From Moniliella sp. 'wahieum' (lineage: Eukaryota), in assembly GCA_003971905.1 (NCBI GenBank), contig RSEE01000013.1, forward strand, positions 124,001 through 188,000: DNA of 64,000 bases, read 5' to 3'. Positions 62,701 to 64,000 of this stretch are shown piece after piece. Position 1 is the stretch's first letter, and the number at the start of each line of letters is the position of its first letter. Position numbers and translations under genes: made by a program. The notes under the pieces are model-generated. The model was not told the origin of the DNA. It did not search any database and saw only the letters and a program-made list of their open reading frames with translations.

Positions 62701-63400
62701 TGCTCAAGCTTACACCAGATCGCCGATATTGGTGCTCCCTTTCCCGCGTCCTTGCATCATGCCCAAATTCGTCGAGAGAACTGCTGCTCTCCTTGCGTTC
62801 GCGCCTCTCATCTCTGTGGTGCCGGGAGGGAGATACATCGCGGTCCCGGCGCTGTGACCTGCGATATGGGGAACGCGATCGAGAGCGAGAGCGAGAGCGA
62901 GAGTATCGGTCCCGATCGGGGTGATGTCGGTGCTCTCTGGAATCTGTCCGAGCCGAATGCGGGCTTGTGGCCAGCTTCTGTCGAGGAGGCGGTTGGTCAA
63001 ACCGGGACCGGTACGTAGAAGTACGCCGCGTGGGGGGCTGGGGGGGCGGTGGTCTGGAATGGCCGCGGCTTTGGTCGTCACGTTTGTCATCCCGCGAAAA
63101 GCTCGGTCGCGCTTCGTGAAGGGAGGGGGCAGGTGGTCTGCTGTGGCTGCTACGCTCTAGCCTACTGCCGAGTTCAAAGCGCGGAGGGGCACGGGGAAAG
63201 GGCTGCTGCTCGCGCTCAGCGCTCTTGAGAGCGGGACAGGCATCGCGTGAACTGGATGCGCTGGCTCCTGCATGCGCAGAGCTTGGTCGGGAGGACTCGC
63301 GTGGAGGGGGCGGCGGAGAGTCCAGGGAGGCGTCCAAAAAGGCAGAGCTGATGCGAGGTGCTCTGGCCTTGACTTTGGCCTTGATCCGCACGGTGGACAT
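59721..63400 (-). CDS. SET1: Histone H3K4 methyltransferase Set1 (COMPASS)
   Basis: n-SET (EDEEDLYY, GSTRSEG, REARADGRRL), [62 protein letters not shown], post-SET IPCLCGSEGCRHFL*; probable intron 62060-62181. Confidence 0.93.
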
Positions 63401-63615
63401 GGATATGGAGGATGGGGCGCGGATGGGGGGCGGAGGAGCGCGGTGGGCGCAGGGGCAAGGCAGAGGAGGGGGTGGGGGGGGCGATGCGGTGGGCAGCCCA
63501 GTGGCGAGCGACTCAAACCAACAATTTGGATTGGACGCAGCTGGTGATTTGCCTCAAGCCTGAAGCTTCGTTCTCCGCCGCACGCCACGCCAACTAGAAG
63601 TTGAAAGATTCCGAC

Positions 63616-64000
63616 ATGGCCATCACCCACCTGTCTCCCTCCACGTTCCACCCACGCCGCCCCGTGCCCGCGCCTGATAGGCTGCTCCTCGCCCCTTCCT
63701 CTCTCGCCCACACCGCCCTGGGACCCTCCCGCGCCAGCAGTCTGTCAATCGGCAGCATCCTTCGCGACATCCTCCCTCTCCCCGGCGATGGAGGCCGAGG
63801 CGGCCGAGATGTCGACGTAGGTTTTGTTTGTTTTACCTGGTCCCGCTCAAGCACTCTCCCCCCGTCCCCCGTACACCTGCTTCCCGGGCATCTGGCCCGG
63901 CATCTACCCCTCATCCGTTCTGCAATTTGATATGCGTCCGAGTGGTGCCTCTCCGCTCCTGCATCGGTCCACGCTGTGTCTGGCGCAAGCAGGGGGAGGA
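63616..64000 (+). CDS. Possible 5' end of a gene divergent from SET1 (runs off the window)
   Basis: ATG 63616 (MAITHLSPSTFHPRRPVPAP..), C-rich sense strand, possible GTAGGT donor at about 63817. No domain recognised. Confidence 0.3.

Overview
Eukaryotic DNA from a compact, GC-rich, intron-poor fungal genome. Short GT-AG introns with CTRAC branch points, intron-containing tRNAs and the protein sequences point to a basidiomycete, probably Ustilaginomycotina-like (inference). Almost every gene, including clathrin heavy chain, RPL19 and RPS27, is broken by 1-bp indels. This is most simply an unpolished long-read assembly, so gene coordinates are reconstructed across frames and approximate. The window holds about 27 protein genes: two LIM proteins, a degenerate YTH protein, CHC1, SNX4, ATG6, RPS27/RPL19, an NDUFA12/NDUFAF2-family gene, DUT1, GPI18, two MFS transporters, a PFA4-like DHHC gene, an MDR oxidoreductase, two TGL2-like lipases, RPP1, a divergent beta-tubulin, an OTU deubiquitinase, RDS3/PHF5A, DUF1776, PWP1, a nitrilase, SET1 and a few hypotheticals. 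It also holds three tRNAs (Val-TAC, Leu-AAG, Trp-CCA). The most notable observations are: PHF5A with Tyr36 replaced by Leu; a beta-tubulin paralog with H6T/F167W/E198L and an MGREI start; an unassigned, strongly structured + strand RNA candidate at about 42550-42930; a split, degenerate YTH domain in a lower-GC island; a Set1 with no visible RRM; and TAGGGTT (telo-box-like) motifs in ribosomal-protein promoters. No CRISPR, rRNA or intact transposon was seen.
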